A stretch of 64,000 nt of DNA from Clostridia bacterium (GTDB lineage: Bacteria; Bacillota; Clostridia; Oscillospirales; CAG-272): contig JAFVOQ010000047.1 in NCBI GenBank assembly GCA_017505785.1, positions 16,558-80,557 of the forward strand. The letters run 5' to 3'. The notes below the pieces were generated by a model that saw only the letters and a list, made by a program, of their open reading frames with translations, had not been told where the DNA came from and did not search any database. Shown piece after piece: positions 19,682 through 28,638 of the stretch. How positions within the stretch are numbered: position 1 is the first letter of the stretch; every line of letters begins with the position of its first letter. Made by a program: the position numbers and the translations under genes.

Positions 19682-19716
19682 AAAAACCGCGCACGGTTTC
19701 TCCGTGCGCGGTTTTT
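19682..19716. terminator. Bidirectional terminator between convergent mntP and ddh
   Basis: AAAAACCGCGCACGG-UUUCU-CCGUGCGCGGUUUUU. Confidence 0.85.
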
Positions 19717-19745
19717 GTATGGATCGTGCTAAGGATGCACACCCT

Positions 19746-20732
19746 TTAAAGAAGATTTTTGCGAAGCTCTGCAGGTGCTACCGCGCTGATGTACGAGGGC
19801 GGTATATCAAGCACAGTCTTGCAGCCCTTTTGGCCCTCTGCCGCAAGGCGGTAGGCGGCTCTTGCGTAAGCCACGATCACCGATGCGGTAAATTCGGGAT
19901 TGGAATCAAGCTTTAAGCTATATTCAATAATATGATTGTGCTCGCGGTTAAAGCCCGTTTTTCCGCTGCGGATCACAAAGCCGCCGTGCGGAATACCTCT
20001 GTGCTTTTCGCTAAGCTCCTCTTGCGAAATAAAGTGCACGGTGGTATCGTAATCGGCAAAATAGTTGGGCATGCTCTTGATCTCTTCCTCGATCCTTGCC
20101 TTGTCTGCCCCTTCCTTTGCCACAACAAAGCACTCACGTGTGTGCTTTTCGCGCGTAGACAGTACGGGCGCGGCACCGCTACGCACTGCCGCAAGTGCAC
20201 TTTCCACCGGCACGGTATATTGCTTACCGTCAGCAACGCCCTCTACGCGGCGAATGGCATCGGAATGGCCTTGGCTTACGCCCTTGCCCCAAAATGTATA
20301 TTCCTCGCCCTCAGGCAAAATAGCACTTGCCATTAAGCGATTGAGGGAAAACATACCGGGATCCCACCCCACCGAAATAATGCCGATTTTTTTTGCTGCT
20401 CTTGCAGCCCGATCCACGTTTGCAAAATGCTCCGGGATACGGGCATGGGTATCAAAGCTATCCACTACGTTAAAATAGGTGGCAAGCTTGGGGGTCTGCT
20501 CGGGCAGGTCGGTTGCGCTACCGCCGCACAAGATCATCACATCGATCTCATTATTCATTTGAACAGCCTTATCTGCGTGATAAACGGGCACGCCTTCCGT
20601 TTGTAGCTTCACCGTGGCAGGGTCACGCCGTGTAAACACTGCTACAAGCTCCATATCCTTGTTTTGACGAATGGCTGCCTCAACGCCACGGCCAAGATTA
20701 CCGTAGCCAAAAATACCGATGCGAATTTTCAT
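19746..20732 (-). CDS. ddh: meso-diaminopimelate D-dehydrogenase
   Basis: From MKIRIGIFGYGNLGRGVE (RBS AAAGGAA). Colinear with Corynebacterium Ddh as recalled (GWDPGMFS, GVSQGHSDA, PHGGFVI, NPEFTAS). Confidence 0.92.
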   Translation of the reverse strand: MKIRIGIFGYGNLGRGVEAAIRQNKDMELVAVFTRRDPATVKLQTEGVPVYHADKAVQMNNEIDVMILCGGSATDLPEQTPKLATYFNVVDSFDTHARIPEHFANVDRAARAAKKIGIISVGWDPGMFSLNRLMASAILPEGEEYTFWGKGVSQGHSDAIRRVEGVADGKQYTVPVESALAAVRSGAAPVLSTREKHTRECFVVAKEGADKARIEEEIKSMPNYFADYDTTVHFISQEELSEKHRGIPHGGFVIRSGKTGFNREHNHIIEYSLKLDSNPEFTASVIVAYARAAYRLAAEGQKGCKTVLDIPPSYISAVAPAELRKNLL

Positions 20733-20867
20733 ACTCAGATTCCTTTCGGGACAATTTATGCATTTATTATAGCACAAGAAGGTGGCCCCGTCAATCATTT
20801 TTTGTCACACAAGACATGAAATACTAAAAAATGCATTGCCTATAAAAACAAGCGATTTAAGGGCAGA

Positions 20868-21125
20868 TCATTTGCAAAACGCGGAAAAAATGCTCTTTTT
20901 TCGATAAGGCTTGTGTGAAATTTCAAGCACACGGTATCCGGTACCCACGATTGCCGCGCGCAATTTTTCAATATCGGGCACCTCAGTGGTGACAAGCTCC
21001 GCGATCCCCTTTTTATAGGAGGTCTTTACTTTTTTCACTGGAAATGTGCGACGTATCACATCATTCACATGTGCTTCACACATGCCGCACATCATGCCGT
21101 CTATTTTAACAGTTGTTACGATCAT
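20868..21125 (-). CDS. Heavy-metal-associated (HMA) domain protein, CopZ-like
   Basis: 85 aa. GMMCGMCEAHV metal-binding MxCxxC motif in a ferredoxin-like fold. Confidence 0.8.
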   Translation of the reverse strand: MIVTTVKIDGMMCGMCEAHVNDVIRRTFPVKKVKTSYKKGIAELVTTEVPDIEKLRAAIVGTGYRVLEISHKPYRKKSIFSAFCK

Positions 21126-21209
21126 AACATAGTCCTTTCCTCACTCGCACATACTACCGTTAAAGCGCATGGCAGCATTGCCGCAAATCACACGCTTGAG
21201 GGAAGTAAT

Positions 21210-21428
21210 ATGCGATATCACAATTTAAATGAGCTCATAAGAGGCAGCCGTAGCAGTGCCTTGTATTTTTTCTCGCTTCCGCCCGAAATGCAGGTGAAAT
21301 TGGGGGAGCACGGTGAGCTAATACACACCGCAAAAGACCTGCACGATGCAGCAAACGCAGCGGATATATACGAGCGCGAAGTGCAAAACGCCGATTACCT
21401 TGCTTTTTCCTTTTGGAAGAAAAGGTAG
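21210..21428 (+). CDS. Small hypothetical protein (72 aa)
   Basis: ATG 21210 preceded by GAGGGAAG and followed by a terminator. I recognise no family. Confidence 0.4.
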   Translation: MRYHNLNELIRGSRSSALYFFSLPPEMQVKLGEHGELIHTAKDLHDAANAADIYEREVQNADYLAFSFWKKR

Positions 21429-21453
21429 CTTTTTCAATACCGTGTCGGTATAT

Positions 21454-21500
21454 AAAACGGGAGTGGGGAGGTCAAACGATCTCCGCACTCCCGCTTTTTT
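21454..21500. terminator. Bidirectional terminator (13-bp stem, one mismatch)
   Basis: CGGGAGUGGGGAG-10 nt-CUCCGCACUCCCG followed by U6. Abuts the stop of the minus-strand Cys-rich gene. Confidence 0.75.
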
Positions 21501-21699
21501 ACTTATCTTTAGTATTCTCGTTCCCTTTCTTTTGCTGATGACAGATGCCCTGCATAGCACACTGCGAGCAGCCGCAAAGGCAGGTGCTCTTTCCCTGGCG
21601 CTTTTTGCGCACATAGGAAAACAAAATCGCACCAACGATCAACGCAATGACGCCAAGTATGACGATATTTCCCCAGTTTTGCTGCAACCATGCAAGCAT
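21499..21699 (-). CDS. FeoB-associated Cys-rich membrane protein
   Basis: Start moved to MLAWLQQNWGNIVILGVIALIV (the RBS AAAGGAG lies inside the longer track ORF). One TM helix, then CLCGCSQCAMQGIC. Immediately downstream of feoB. Confidence 0.7.
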   Translation of the reverse strand: MLAWLQQNWGNIVILGVIALIVGAILFSYVRKKRQGKSTCLCGCSQCAMQGICHQQKKGNENTKDK

Positions 21700-21729
21700 T
21701 TTTTCATCTCCTTTCAAAAGATGCTACGA

Positions 21730-24201
21730 TCAAATATTTTTCTTTGTGCTGACAACGACCTTCTTCGAAAGCCTTGTTTCTTTCCCTTGGGGGCGAATCA
21801 GCATATATACAAGCCCCATGAGGGCGGCAACCGCTACGATCACACCGAAGACGTTTGCCTTGACATCTGCGGCAAACAGCGCGCCGATCTGATAAATAAT
21901 CAGCGATATGAGGTATGCAAAGCCACATTGATAAAGAATGGCAAAAGCAGTCCATTTCGGGCTATTCATCTCGCGGCGGATCGCCCCCATTGCAGCAAAG
22001 CAGGGTGCGCACAGGAGATTAAAAACAAGAAACGAATACGCCGCTAGCTGTGTCATATCGATAAAGTCAAGCACGCCGAGCACCGCAACGATCTCCTCCT
22101 TGGCAACAAGACCCATAAAGGTAGCAACCGTTGTTTCAATACCCGCAAAGCCAAGCGGAATGAATATCCAACGAAAGGCCTTGCCAAAGTACCCAAGAAA
22201 GCTGTTTTGCAGCTCCATTTCGATATCAAATGACAGCTTGCCGTCAACCACGCCCAGTGTAGAAAACATCCAAATAAGCACGGTAGAAGCCAAAATAACA
22301 GTACCCGCCTTCTTAATAAACGCCCAGCCGCGCTCCCACATAGAGCGCATGACGTTAATAAATGTGGGCATATGGTATGCGGGAAGCTCCATAACAAAGG
22401 GAGCAGGCTCGCCCATAAAGGACTTTGTTTTTTTGAGCATGATGCCTGACACGACAACAGCGGCAATGCCGATGAAATAGGCACTGGGTGCTACCCACCA
22501 CGCACCGTCAAAGAGCGCCGCTGCAATCAAAGCGATCACAGGCAGCTTTGCGCCGCACGGAACAAAGGTGGTGGTAATGATCGTCATGCGGCGATCACGC
22601 TCGTTTTCAATGGTGCGGCTTGCCATAATACCGGGCACACCGCATCCCGTGCCGATCAGCATCGGGATAAAGGATTTGCCGGAAAGACCGAATTTGCAAA
22701 AGATGCGGTCAAGCACAAAGGCGATACGCGACATATAGCCGCACGCCTCAAGAAACGCAAGGAAAATAAACAGAACCAAAATCTGCGGCACAAAGCCAAG
22801 CACCGCGCCAACACCTGCTACAATACCGTCAAGCACCAGGCTTTCGACCCAAGGTGCTGCGTTCATGGATGTGAGCAATTTGCCAACCAAAAGAGGTACA
22901 CCGCGTACCCAAATGCCAAACTCGTCATTGGCGGGCGCCCCCTCCATTTCAGCCTCAAGCCAAGCATCGAGAGTAATGAACTCACCCGCCTCGTCAAGGC
23001 CTGCGGTGATCTGTGCGCCATAGGAGCCGACAGCCTCCTCAAACGCGCCGAAATCAGGCTTATCCTCAGCTTCAGCATCATAAATATTGCCAAGAGCACC
23101 CGTAAGATCATCTATACCCTTGATTTCATCATTGGTCGCCTTATTGGTAGCAATTATAACAGCCGCTTGCTCCAAAATTTTGTTTTCGGCAACGTATTCA
23201 TCAATGGCTTCCTCATAAGCATTTCTGCCAATGCCAAAAAGATACCAACCATCACCAAACAAGCCGTCGTTGGTATAATCGGTAACCCAAGTACCAACGG
23301 TGGATACAGATATGTAATAAACAAGGAACATGATGAGCGCAAAGATCGGTAATGCCGCAAAACGGTTGGTAACCACGCGGTCGATCCTTTCGGAAATTGA
23401 TATTTTGCCCGCATTTTTGCGCTTTAGGCACTTTTCAACGACACCCACGATGTAATTATAGCGCTCGTTTGTAATGATGCTTTCCGCATCGTCGTCAAGC
23501 GCCTTTTCCGCCGCTACGATATCAGCCTCTATATGTGCCATTTTTTCGGGAGAAAGTGCAAGGCGCTCAAGTACCTTACTGTCACGCTCAAAAATTTTGA
23601 TGGCGTACCAGCGCTGCTGCTCCTCGGGCATGGTGTGCACGGCTGCCTCCTCAATATGCGCGATCGCGTGCTCGACCTCCCCTGAAAACAGGTGCCGTGG
23701 CAGCGTTTTGCCGTGCTTTGCCGCATCGATGGCAAGATCTGCTGCTTCCATAACGCCGTCACCCTTTAGTGCGGAGATCTCCACCACAGGGCAGCCCAAA
23801 TGACGAGAAAGCTCTTTAATATCCAGCACGTCTCCGTTTTTTCTCACCACGTCCATCATGTTAATGGCAATGACCACGGGAATACCGATCTCGGTCAGCT
23901 GCGTGGTAAGATACAGATTTCTTTCAATATTGGTGCCGTCAACAACGTTGAGGATCGCATCAGGACGCTCCTCGATAAGATAATTACGTGCCACGACCTC
24001 CTCGAGCGTGTAGGGGGAGAGTGAATAGATGCCCGGCAGGTCTGTCACGACCACGCCGTCGCGCTGCTTCAGCCTTCCCTCCTTTTTTTCTACCGTCACA
24101 CCGGGCCAGTTTCCAACAAACTGATTGGACCCCGTTAAGGCATTAAATAATGTGGTCTTGCCGCAGTTGGGGTTGCCGGCAAGTGCGATCCTTATATTCA
24201 T
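21730..24201 (-). CDS. feoB: Ferrous iron transporter FeoB
   Basis: 823 aa. N-terminal G-domain GNPNCGKTTLFN and a polytopic membrane domain. Confidence 0.95.
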   Translation of the reverse strand: MNIRIALAGNPNCGKTTLFNALTGSNQFVGNWPGVTVEKKEGRLKQRDGVVVTDLPGIYSLSPYTLEEVVARNYLIEERPDAILNVVDGTNIERNLYLTTQLTEIGIPVVIAINMMDVVRKNGDVLDIKELSRHLGCPVVEISALKGDGVMEAADLAIDAAKHGKTLPRHLFSGEVEHAIAHIEEAAVHTMPEEQQRWYAIKIFERDSKVLERLALSPEKMAHIEADIVAAEKALDDDAESIITNERYNYIVGVVEKCLKRKNAGKISISERIDRVVTNRFAALPIFALIMFLVYYISVSTVGTWVTDYTNDGLFGDGWYLFGIGRNAYEEAIDEYVAENKILEQAAVIIATNKATNDEIKGIDDLTGALGNIYDAEAEDKPDFGAFEEAVGSYGAQITAGLDEAGEFITLDAWLEAEMEGAPANDEFGIWVRGVPLLVGKLLTSMNAAPWVESLVLDGIVAGVGAVLGFVPQILVLFIFLAFLEACGYMSRIAFVLDRIFCKFGLSGKSFIPMLIGTGCGVPGIMASRTIENERDRRMTIITTTFVPCGAKLPVIALIAAALFDGAWWVAPSAYFIGIAAVVVSGIMLKKTKSFMGEPAPFVMELPAYHMPTFINVMRSMWERGWAFIKKAGTVILASTVLIWMFSTLGVVDGKLSFDIEMELQNSFLGYFGKAFRWIFIPLGFAGIETTVATFMGLVAKEEIVAVLGVLDFIDMTQLAAYSFLVFNLLCAPCFAAMGAIRREMNSPKWTAFAILYQCGFAYLISLIIYQIGALFAADVKANVFGVIVAVAALMGLVYMLIRPQGKETRLSKKVVVSTKKNI

Positions 24202-24222
24202 GTCCGTTCTCCTTTTTGTTTT

Positions 24223-24242
24223 TTGTTAGCAACCGCTAACAT
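24223..24242. promoter_or_regulatory. 20-bp palindrome, site 1: TTGTTAGC-AACC-GCTAACAT (feoA-feoB spacer)
   Basis: Perfect 7+7 inverted repeat, counted base by base. Related to sites at 24520 and 24595. Confidence 0.5.
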
Positions 24243-24256
24243 TCAAAGAATAAAAA

Positions 24257-24478
24257 TCAATCCACCTCGATCATATCGGCATCAGCTTTACGCAGCGAAA
24301 GCTCGTAGCCGCGCACAGTAAGCTCCATAGGATCACCGAGAGGGGCAAGCTTTCTAACGGTTACCATAACGCCCTTGGTCAGCCCCATATCCATAATGCG
24401 GCGCTTAATGGCGCCCTCGCCATGCAGCTTTACAACCCTTACGGTTTTACCCACTGCAACGTTTTTTAGTGTCTTCAT
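24257..24478 (-). CDS. feoA: FeoA family protein
   Basis: 73 aa SH3-like FeoA (VRVVKLHGEGAIKRRIMDMGLTKG). Confidence 0.9.
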   Translation of the reverse strand: MKTLKNVAVGKTVRVVKLHGEGAIKRRIMDMGLTKGVMVTVRKLAPLGDPMELTVRGYELSLRKADADMIEVD

Positions 24479-24519
24479 AACGCTTCTCCTTACTGTAATT
24501 TCAGATGCTCAGTGCGCAT

Positions 24520-24539
24520 TTGTTAGCCTAAACTAACTT
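24520..24539. promoter_or_regulatory. 20-bp palindrome, site 2: TTGTTAGC-CTAA-ACTAACTT, overlapping the feoA transcription start region
   Basis: Begins 2 nt downstream of the feoA -10 box on the minus strand. Confidence 0.5.
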
Positions 24540-24540
24540 C

Positions 24541-24569
24541 ATTATAGCGAGATCCGCAAGAAATGTCAA
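24541..24569 (-). promoter_or_regulatory. Perfect consensus promoter TTGACA-17-TATAAT for feoA
   Basis: Minus strand agaTTGACAtttcttgcggatctcgcTATAATgaag. Confidence 0.65.
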
Positions 24570-24594
24570 TCTATTTTTTTGCATTTTTTTACAT

Positions 24595-24614
24595 TTGTTA
24601 GGTTATCCAAACAA
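24595..24614. promoter_or_regulatory. 20-bp palindrome, site 3: TTGTTAGG-TTAT-CCAAACAA
   Basis: 8-4-8 architecture with one mismatch. Shares the 10-mer CTAACAAATG with site 2 on the minus strand. About 25 nt upstream of the feoA -35 box. Confidence 0.45.
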
Positions 24615-24702
24615 GGCGGCTGCGCAGCGCACTGTTTTTATGCAAAGTGCGCACGCGTTCGCCGCGGCAAATAAAAATCCTCTTAAAATCCTCCGCTAAT
24701 TC

Positions 24703-24731
24703 TTGACATTATACGTATTATATTTTATAAT
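24703..24731 (+). promoter_or_regulatory. Perfect consensus promoter TTGACA-17-TATAAT for the aconitase-icd unit
   Basis: TTGACA at 24703-24708 and TATAAT at 24726-24731. Confidence 0.65.
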
Positions 24732-24764
24732 AAAGTGATTGTTTATCAAGGAGGACTGTTTCAA

Positions 24765-27011
24765 ATGGTCAAATTAACCGAACACGGCGTGTATTTGGTT
24801 GACGGCAAGCCTGCCGCAACAGCTACACTTTCCCCCGCCGAGGCACGCAAAAACACCATTGCCTATTCTATTCTGCAGGCCCACAATCTTTCGGGCAACG
24901 AGGACAAGCTCGAGCTTCGCTTTGATGCGATGCTCTCCCACGATATTACCTATGTCGGCATCATTCAAACGGCAAGAGCCAGCGGCCTTACCGAATTTCC
25001 CATGCCCTACGCCATGACCAACTGCCACAACTCGCTTTGCGCGGTTGGCGGCACGATCAACGAAGACGACCACGTATTCGGTCTTTCCGCGGCAAAGAAA
25101 TACGGCGGCATATACGTGCCTGCCAACCAGAGCGTCATTCACTCCTTTGCCCGTGAAGAAATGGCAAAATGCGGTGCCATGATCCTTGGCTCCGACAGCC
25201 ACACCCGTTACGGTGCGCTTGGCACCATGGCGGTTGGCGAGGGCGGCCCTGAGCTTGTAAAGCAGCTTCTTAAAAACACATATGACATCAACCGCCCCGA
25301 GGTGGTGCTGGTATACCTTACCGGCAAGCCGAAAAAGGGTATTGGCCCGCACGATGTAGCGATTGCGCTTGTGGGTGCCACCTTTGAAAACGGCTTTGTA
25401 AAAAACCGCGTGCTGGAATTTGTGGGCCCCGGTGTTGCCGAGCTCCCCATTGACTTCCGTAACGGCATTGACGTCATGACCACAGAAACCACCTGTCTTT
25501 CCTCGATTTGGGAAACAGACGAAACGGTTGCTGCACACTACCGTGCGCACGGCCGCCCCGAGGACTACAAGAAGCTTGCCCCCGGCAAGATTGCATATTA
25601 CGACCGCATGGTAGAGATCGACCTTTCCAAAATGGAATCGATGATCGCCCTGCCCTTCCACCCCTCTCGCGCCTACACCATTCACTATTTGAACGAGCAT
25701 GCAAAGGAGCTGCTTGCCGAGGTGGAAAAGGAAGCGACCGAGAAATTCGGCAAGAAGGCATCTCTTGATCTTGTCAGCAAGGTGCGCCCCGACGGCAAGG
25801 TCATGGCTGACCAAGGCATTATCGCAGGATGCGCCGGTGGCATGTTTGACAGCATTGACGAGGCTGCCTCGATCCTAAAAACAGGCAACGTTGGAAACAG
25901 CTACTTCTCGCTTTCCGTCTATCCCACCAGTGTGCCCGTATCGCTGGAGCTCACGCGCATCGGCGTTTCAGCCGACCTGCTTGCAAACGGCGCTGTGATC
26001 AAGCCCTCGTTCTGCGGTCCCTGCTTCGGTGCAGGTGACGTGCCTGCCAACAACGGGCTTTCGCTGCGCCACACCACCCGCAACTTCCCGAACCGTGAGG
26101 GCTCAAAGCCCGGCGAGGGGCAGCTTTCGGGTGTAGCTCTCATGGACGCACGCTCGATTGCCGCAACCGCGGCAAACGGCGGTATTATCACCGCTGCAAC
26201 CGATATTGCTTATGAGCACGAGGCACATGCATATCACTACGACCGTTCGGTTTACGAAAAGCGTTGCTACTACGGCTTTGGAAAGGCAGACAAGAATGCC
26301 GATCTCATCTTTGGCCCAAACATTACCGATTGGCCTAAGATGTACGAGCTTGCTGACAACCTGCTCGTTGAGCTGGCAGCAGTTATTCACGACCCCGTGA
26401 CCACCACCGATGAGCTGATCCCCTCCGGTGAAACCTCCTCGTATCGCTCCAACCCCCTGCGCCTTTCCGAGTTTGCGCTCTCTCGCCGCTGCCCCGCTTA
26501 CGTTGGACGCTCCAAAGCAGTTGCGGCAGATGAAGCAAAGCGCCGTGCGGGCGAGATTCCCGAAAAGCTCCGCTTTGCACTTTCCCGTGTAGGGGATGCC
26601 GATAAGCTTGCCAAAGCCACGCAATTTGGCTCTTGCGTATTTGCTAACCGCCCGGGTGACGGCTCGGCACGTGAGCAAGCGGCATCCTGCCAAAAGGTGC
26701 TGGGCGGCTTTGCCAACATTTGCTACGAGTTTGCCACCAAGCGCTATCGCTCCAACTGCATTAACTGGGGCATTCTTCCCTTTACGCTTGACGAGGGCAC
26801 ACCTTTCCAATATGCCGAGGGCGACTTTGTATTTGTTGAGGGTGTGCGCGAAAAGATCGCGGCAGGCGTGGAGGAATTCCCCGCCAAGGTCATTCGTGCC
26901 GACGGCTCGGTTGAGGAGCTTACCCTTTTTGTAAAGGGCCTTACCGAAAACGAAAAGGAGATCATTCTCCGCGGGTGCCTGATGAACTACTACGCGGCAC
27001 AAAGCAAATAA
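24765..27011 (+). CDS. Aconitate hydratase (aconitase-family hydro-lyase, catalytic and swivel domains fused)
   Basis: The track ORF starts at 24735, 4 nt after the -10 box. ATG 24765 follows AAGGAGGA. GSDSHT and CGPCFG cluster-ligand motifs. Followed by icd. Confidence 0.85.
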   Translation: MVKLTEHGVYLVDGKPAATATLSPAEARKNTIAYSILQAHNLSGNEDKLELRFDAMLSHDITYVGIIQTARASGLTEFPMPYAMTNCHNSLCAVGGTINEDDHVFGLSAAKKYGGIYVPANQSVIHSFAREEMAKCGAMILGSDSHTRYGALGTMAVGEGGPELVKQLLKNTYDINRPEVVLVYLTGKPKKGIGPHDVAIALVGATFENGFVKNRVLEFVGPGVAELPIDFRNGIDVMTTETTCLSSIWETDETVAAHYRAHGRPEDYKKLAPGKIAYYDRMVEIDLSKMESMIALPFHPSRAYTIHYLNEHAKELLAEVEKEATEKFGKKASLDLVSKVRPDGKVMADQGIIAGCAGGMFDSIDEAASILKTGNVGNSYFSLSVYPTSVPVSLELTRIGVSADLLANGAVIKPSFCGPCFGAGDVPANNGLSLRHTTRNFPNREGSKPGEGQLSGVALMDARSIAATAANGGIITAATDIAYEHEAHAYHYDRSVYEKRCYYGFGKADKNADLIFGPNITDWPKMYELADNLLVELAAVIHDPVTTTDELIPSGETSSYRSNPLRLSEFALSRRCPAYVGRSKAVAADEAKRRAGEIPEKLRFALSRVGDADKLAKATQFGSCVFANRPGDGSAREQAASCQKVLGGFANICYEFATKRYRSNCINWGILPFTLDEGTPFQYAEGDFVFVEGVREKIAAGVEEFPAKVIRADGSVEELTLFVKGLTENEKEIILRGCLMNYYAAQSK

Positions 27012-27031
27012 TCCGATAGGTAGGTATACAT

Positions 27032-28249
27032 ATGAAAAAGATCAAAATGACAACGCCGTTGGTGGAAATGGACGGCGATGAAATGACCCGTGTGCTCTGG
27101 CAAATGATCAAGGATGAGCTGCTTTATCCCTTTGTGGATCTCAAGACCGAATACTACGACCTCGGGCTCCCCGAGCGCGAAAAAACCAAGGATCAGGTCA
27201 CCGTTGACAGTGCCAACGCCACCAAAAAATACGGTGTTGCGGTAAAATGCGCGACCATCACACCCAACCGCCAGCGTGTAGAGGAATATAACCTCACCGA
27301 AATGTGGAAATCCCCCAACGGCACGATCCGCGCGATGCTTGACGGCACGGTATTCCGCGCGCCCATTCTTATTGACAGCATCAAGCCTGCCGTTAGAAAC
27401 TGGCAAAAGCCCATTACCATTGCCCGTCACGCTTATGGCGACATTTACAAGGCAACCGAATACCGCGTGCCGACCGAGGGCAAGGCTGAGCTTGTTTTTA
27501 CCGATAAAGAGGGCAACGTTTCCTTCCGCGAAACCGTTTACGACTTTGAGTGCCCCGGCGTTTTGCAGGGCTCCTACAACAAGGACAGCTCCATTCGCTC
27601 CTTTGCACATTCCTGCTTCAATTACGCCCTTAACACCAAGCAAGACCTTTGGTTCTCTGCAAAGGACACCATTTCCAAGCAATACGATCAGACCTTTAAG
27701 CTGATCTTCCAGGAAATTTACGAGGCAGATTACAAGGCGAAATTTGAGGAAGCAGGCATTGAGTATTTCTACACCCTCATTGACGATGCGGTTGCGCGTG
27801 TCATTCGCTCCGAGGGCGGCTTTATCTGGGCGTGCAAGAACTACGACGGCGACGTGATGAGTGACATGGTATCGACCGCCTTCGGCTCTCTTGCCATGAT
27901 GACCTCGGTGCTCGTTTCCCCCGACGGGAAATACGAGTATGAGGCGGCACACGGCACTGTGACCCGTCACTACTACCGCTATCTCAAGGGTGAGGATACC
28001 TCCACCAACCCCATGGCTACCATTTACGCTTGGTCGGGCGCACTGCGCAAGCGCGGCGAGCTGGATCAGCTCCCCGAGCTGATCGCCTTTGCCGATGCGC
28101 TGGAAAGTGCCTGCGTTGAAACGCTGAACGACGGCATTATGACAAAGGATCTGGTGGGACTTGTTCTCCCCGGCACAAAGACCACGGCAGTTAACTCCAA
28201 AAACTTTATTTTGGCGATCAAGGAACGTCTTGAGAAAAAGCTGGCGTAA
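27032..28249 (+). CDS. icd: NADP-dependent isocitrate dehydrogenase, IDH1/IDH2-like (type II) subfamily
   Basis: 405 aa. VEMDGDEMTRVLW, VKCATITPN, MWKSPNGTIR and ARHAYGD are near-identical to the human IDH1 pattern as recalled. Confidence 0.92.
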   Translation: MKKIKMTTPLVEMDGDEMTRVLWQMIKDELLYPFVDLKTEYYDLGLPEREKTKDQVTVDSANATKKYGVAVKCATITPNRQRVEEYNLTEMWKSPNGTIRAMLDGTVFRAPILIDSIKPAVRNWQKPITIARHAYGDIYKATEYRVPTEGKAELVFTDKEGNVSFRETVYDFECPGVLQGSYNKDSSIRSFAHSCFNYALNTKQDLWFSAKDTISKQYDQTFKLIFQEIYEADYKAKFEEAGIEYFYTLIDDAVARVIRSEGGFIWACKNYDGDVMSDMVSTAFGSLAMMTSVLVSPDGKYEYEAAHGTVTRHYYRYLKGEDTSTNPMATIYAWSGALRKRGELDQLPELIAFADALESACVETLNDGIMTKDLVGLVLPGTKTTAVNSKNFILAIKERLEKKLA

Positions 28250-28266
28250 ATTTGAGGTAAAAAATT

Positions 28267-28315
28267 AGAGGAAGGGCACCCCTTTTGAAAAAGGGGTGCC
28301 CTTCCTCTTGCTTTT
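28267..28315. terminator. Terminator after icd (about 16-20 bp GC-rich stem)
   Basis: AGAGGAAGGGCACCCC-loop-GGGGUGCCCUUCCUCU followed by UGCUUUU. Confidence 0.8.
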
Positions 28316-28383
28316 CGCCCATGCGAAAAGCAATTCACTAACCCTCCCGAAAACTTTGGAAAGGGATAGAATCAGTTATTTTT

Positions 28384-28632
28384 TTAGTCTGCGTCAAGCC
28401 CCAACAAATACGAAGGCGTGACATTCAGAATTTTACACAGCACCAAAAGCTCATAATCAGCAACAAAACGTGTACCTATTTCTATTCTACTCACGCTGTC
28501 GCGCTCCACCGTAACGCCCGCAAGCTGCAATTTTGCCGCAAGATTTTCCTGCGAAAGCTTCAATCGCTTTCTCGCTTCCCGTACCCTCATGCCACAAATA
28601 TTCTTACTGCCGTTAAAATCGTAAATTTTCAC
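28384..28632 (-). CDS. XRE family helix-turn-helix transcriptional regulator
   Basis: 82 aa. LSQENLAAKLQLAGVTVERDSVSRIE. Confidence 0.8.
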   Translation of the reverse strand: MKIYDFNGSKNICGMRVREARKRLKLSQENLAAKLQLAGVTVERDSVSRIEIGTRFVADYELLVLCKILNVTPSYLLGLDAD

Positions 28633-28638
28633 AATTTG

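Noticed and set aside
24223-24242. Assigning the feo palindromes to Fur or DtxR/IdeR.
   Set aside because: The sequence does not resemble the GATAATGATAATCATTATC Fur box. The DtxR/IdeR consensus has GTTAG and CTAAC separated by 1 nt, not 6. The regulator identity is left open.
24735-24764. GTG start at 24735 for aconitase, as in the ORF track.
   Set aside because: It lies 4 nt after the -10 hexamer, upstream of any plausible transcription start. ATG 24765 has an AAGGAGGA RBS.
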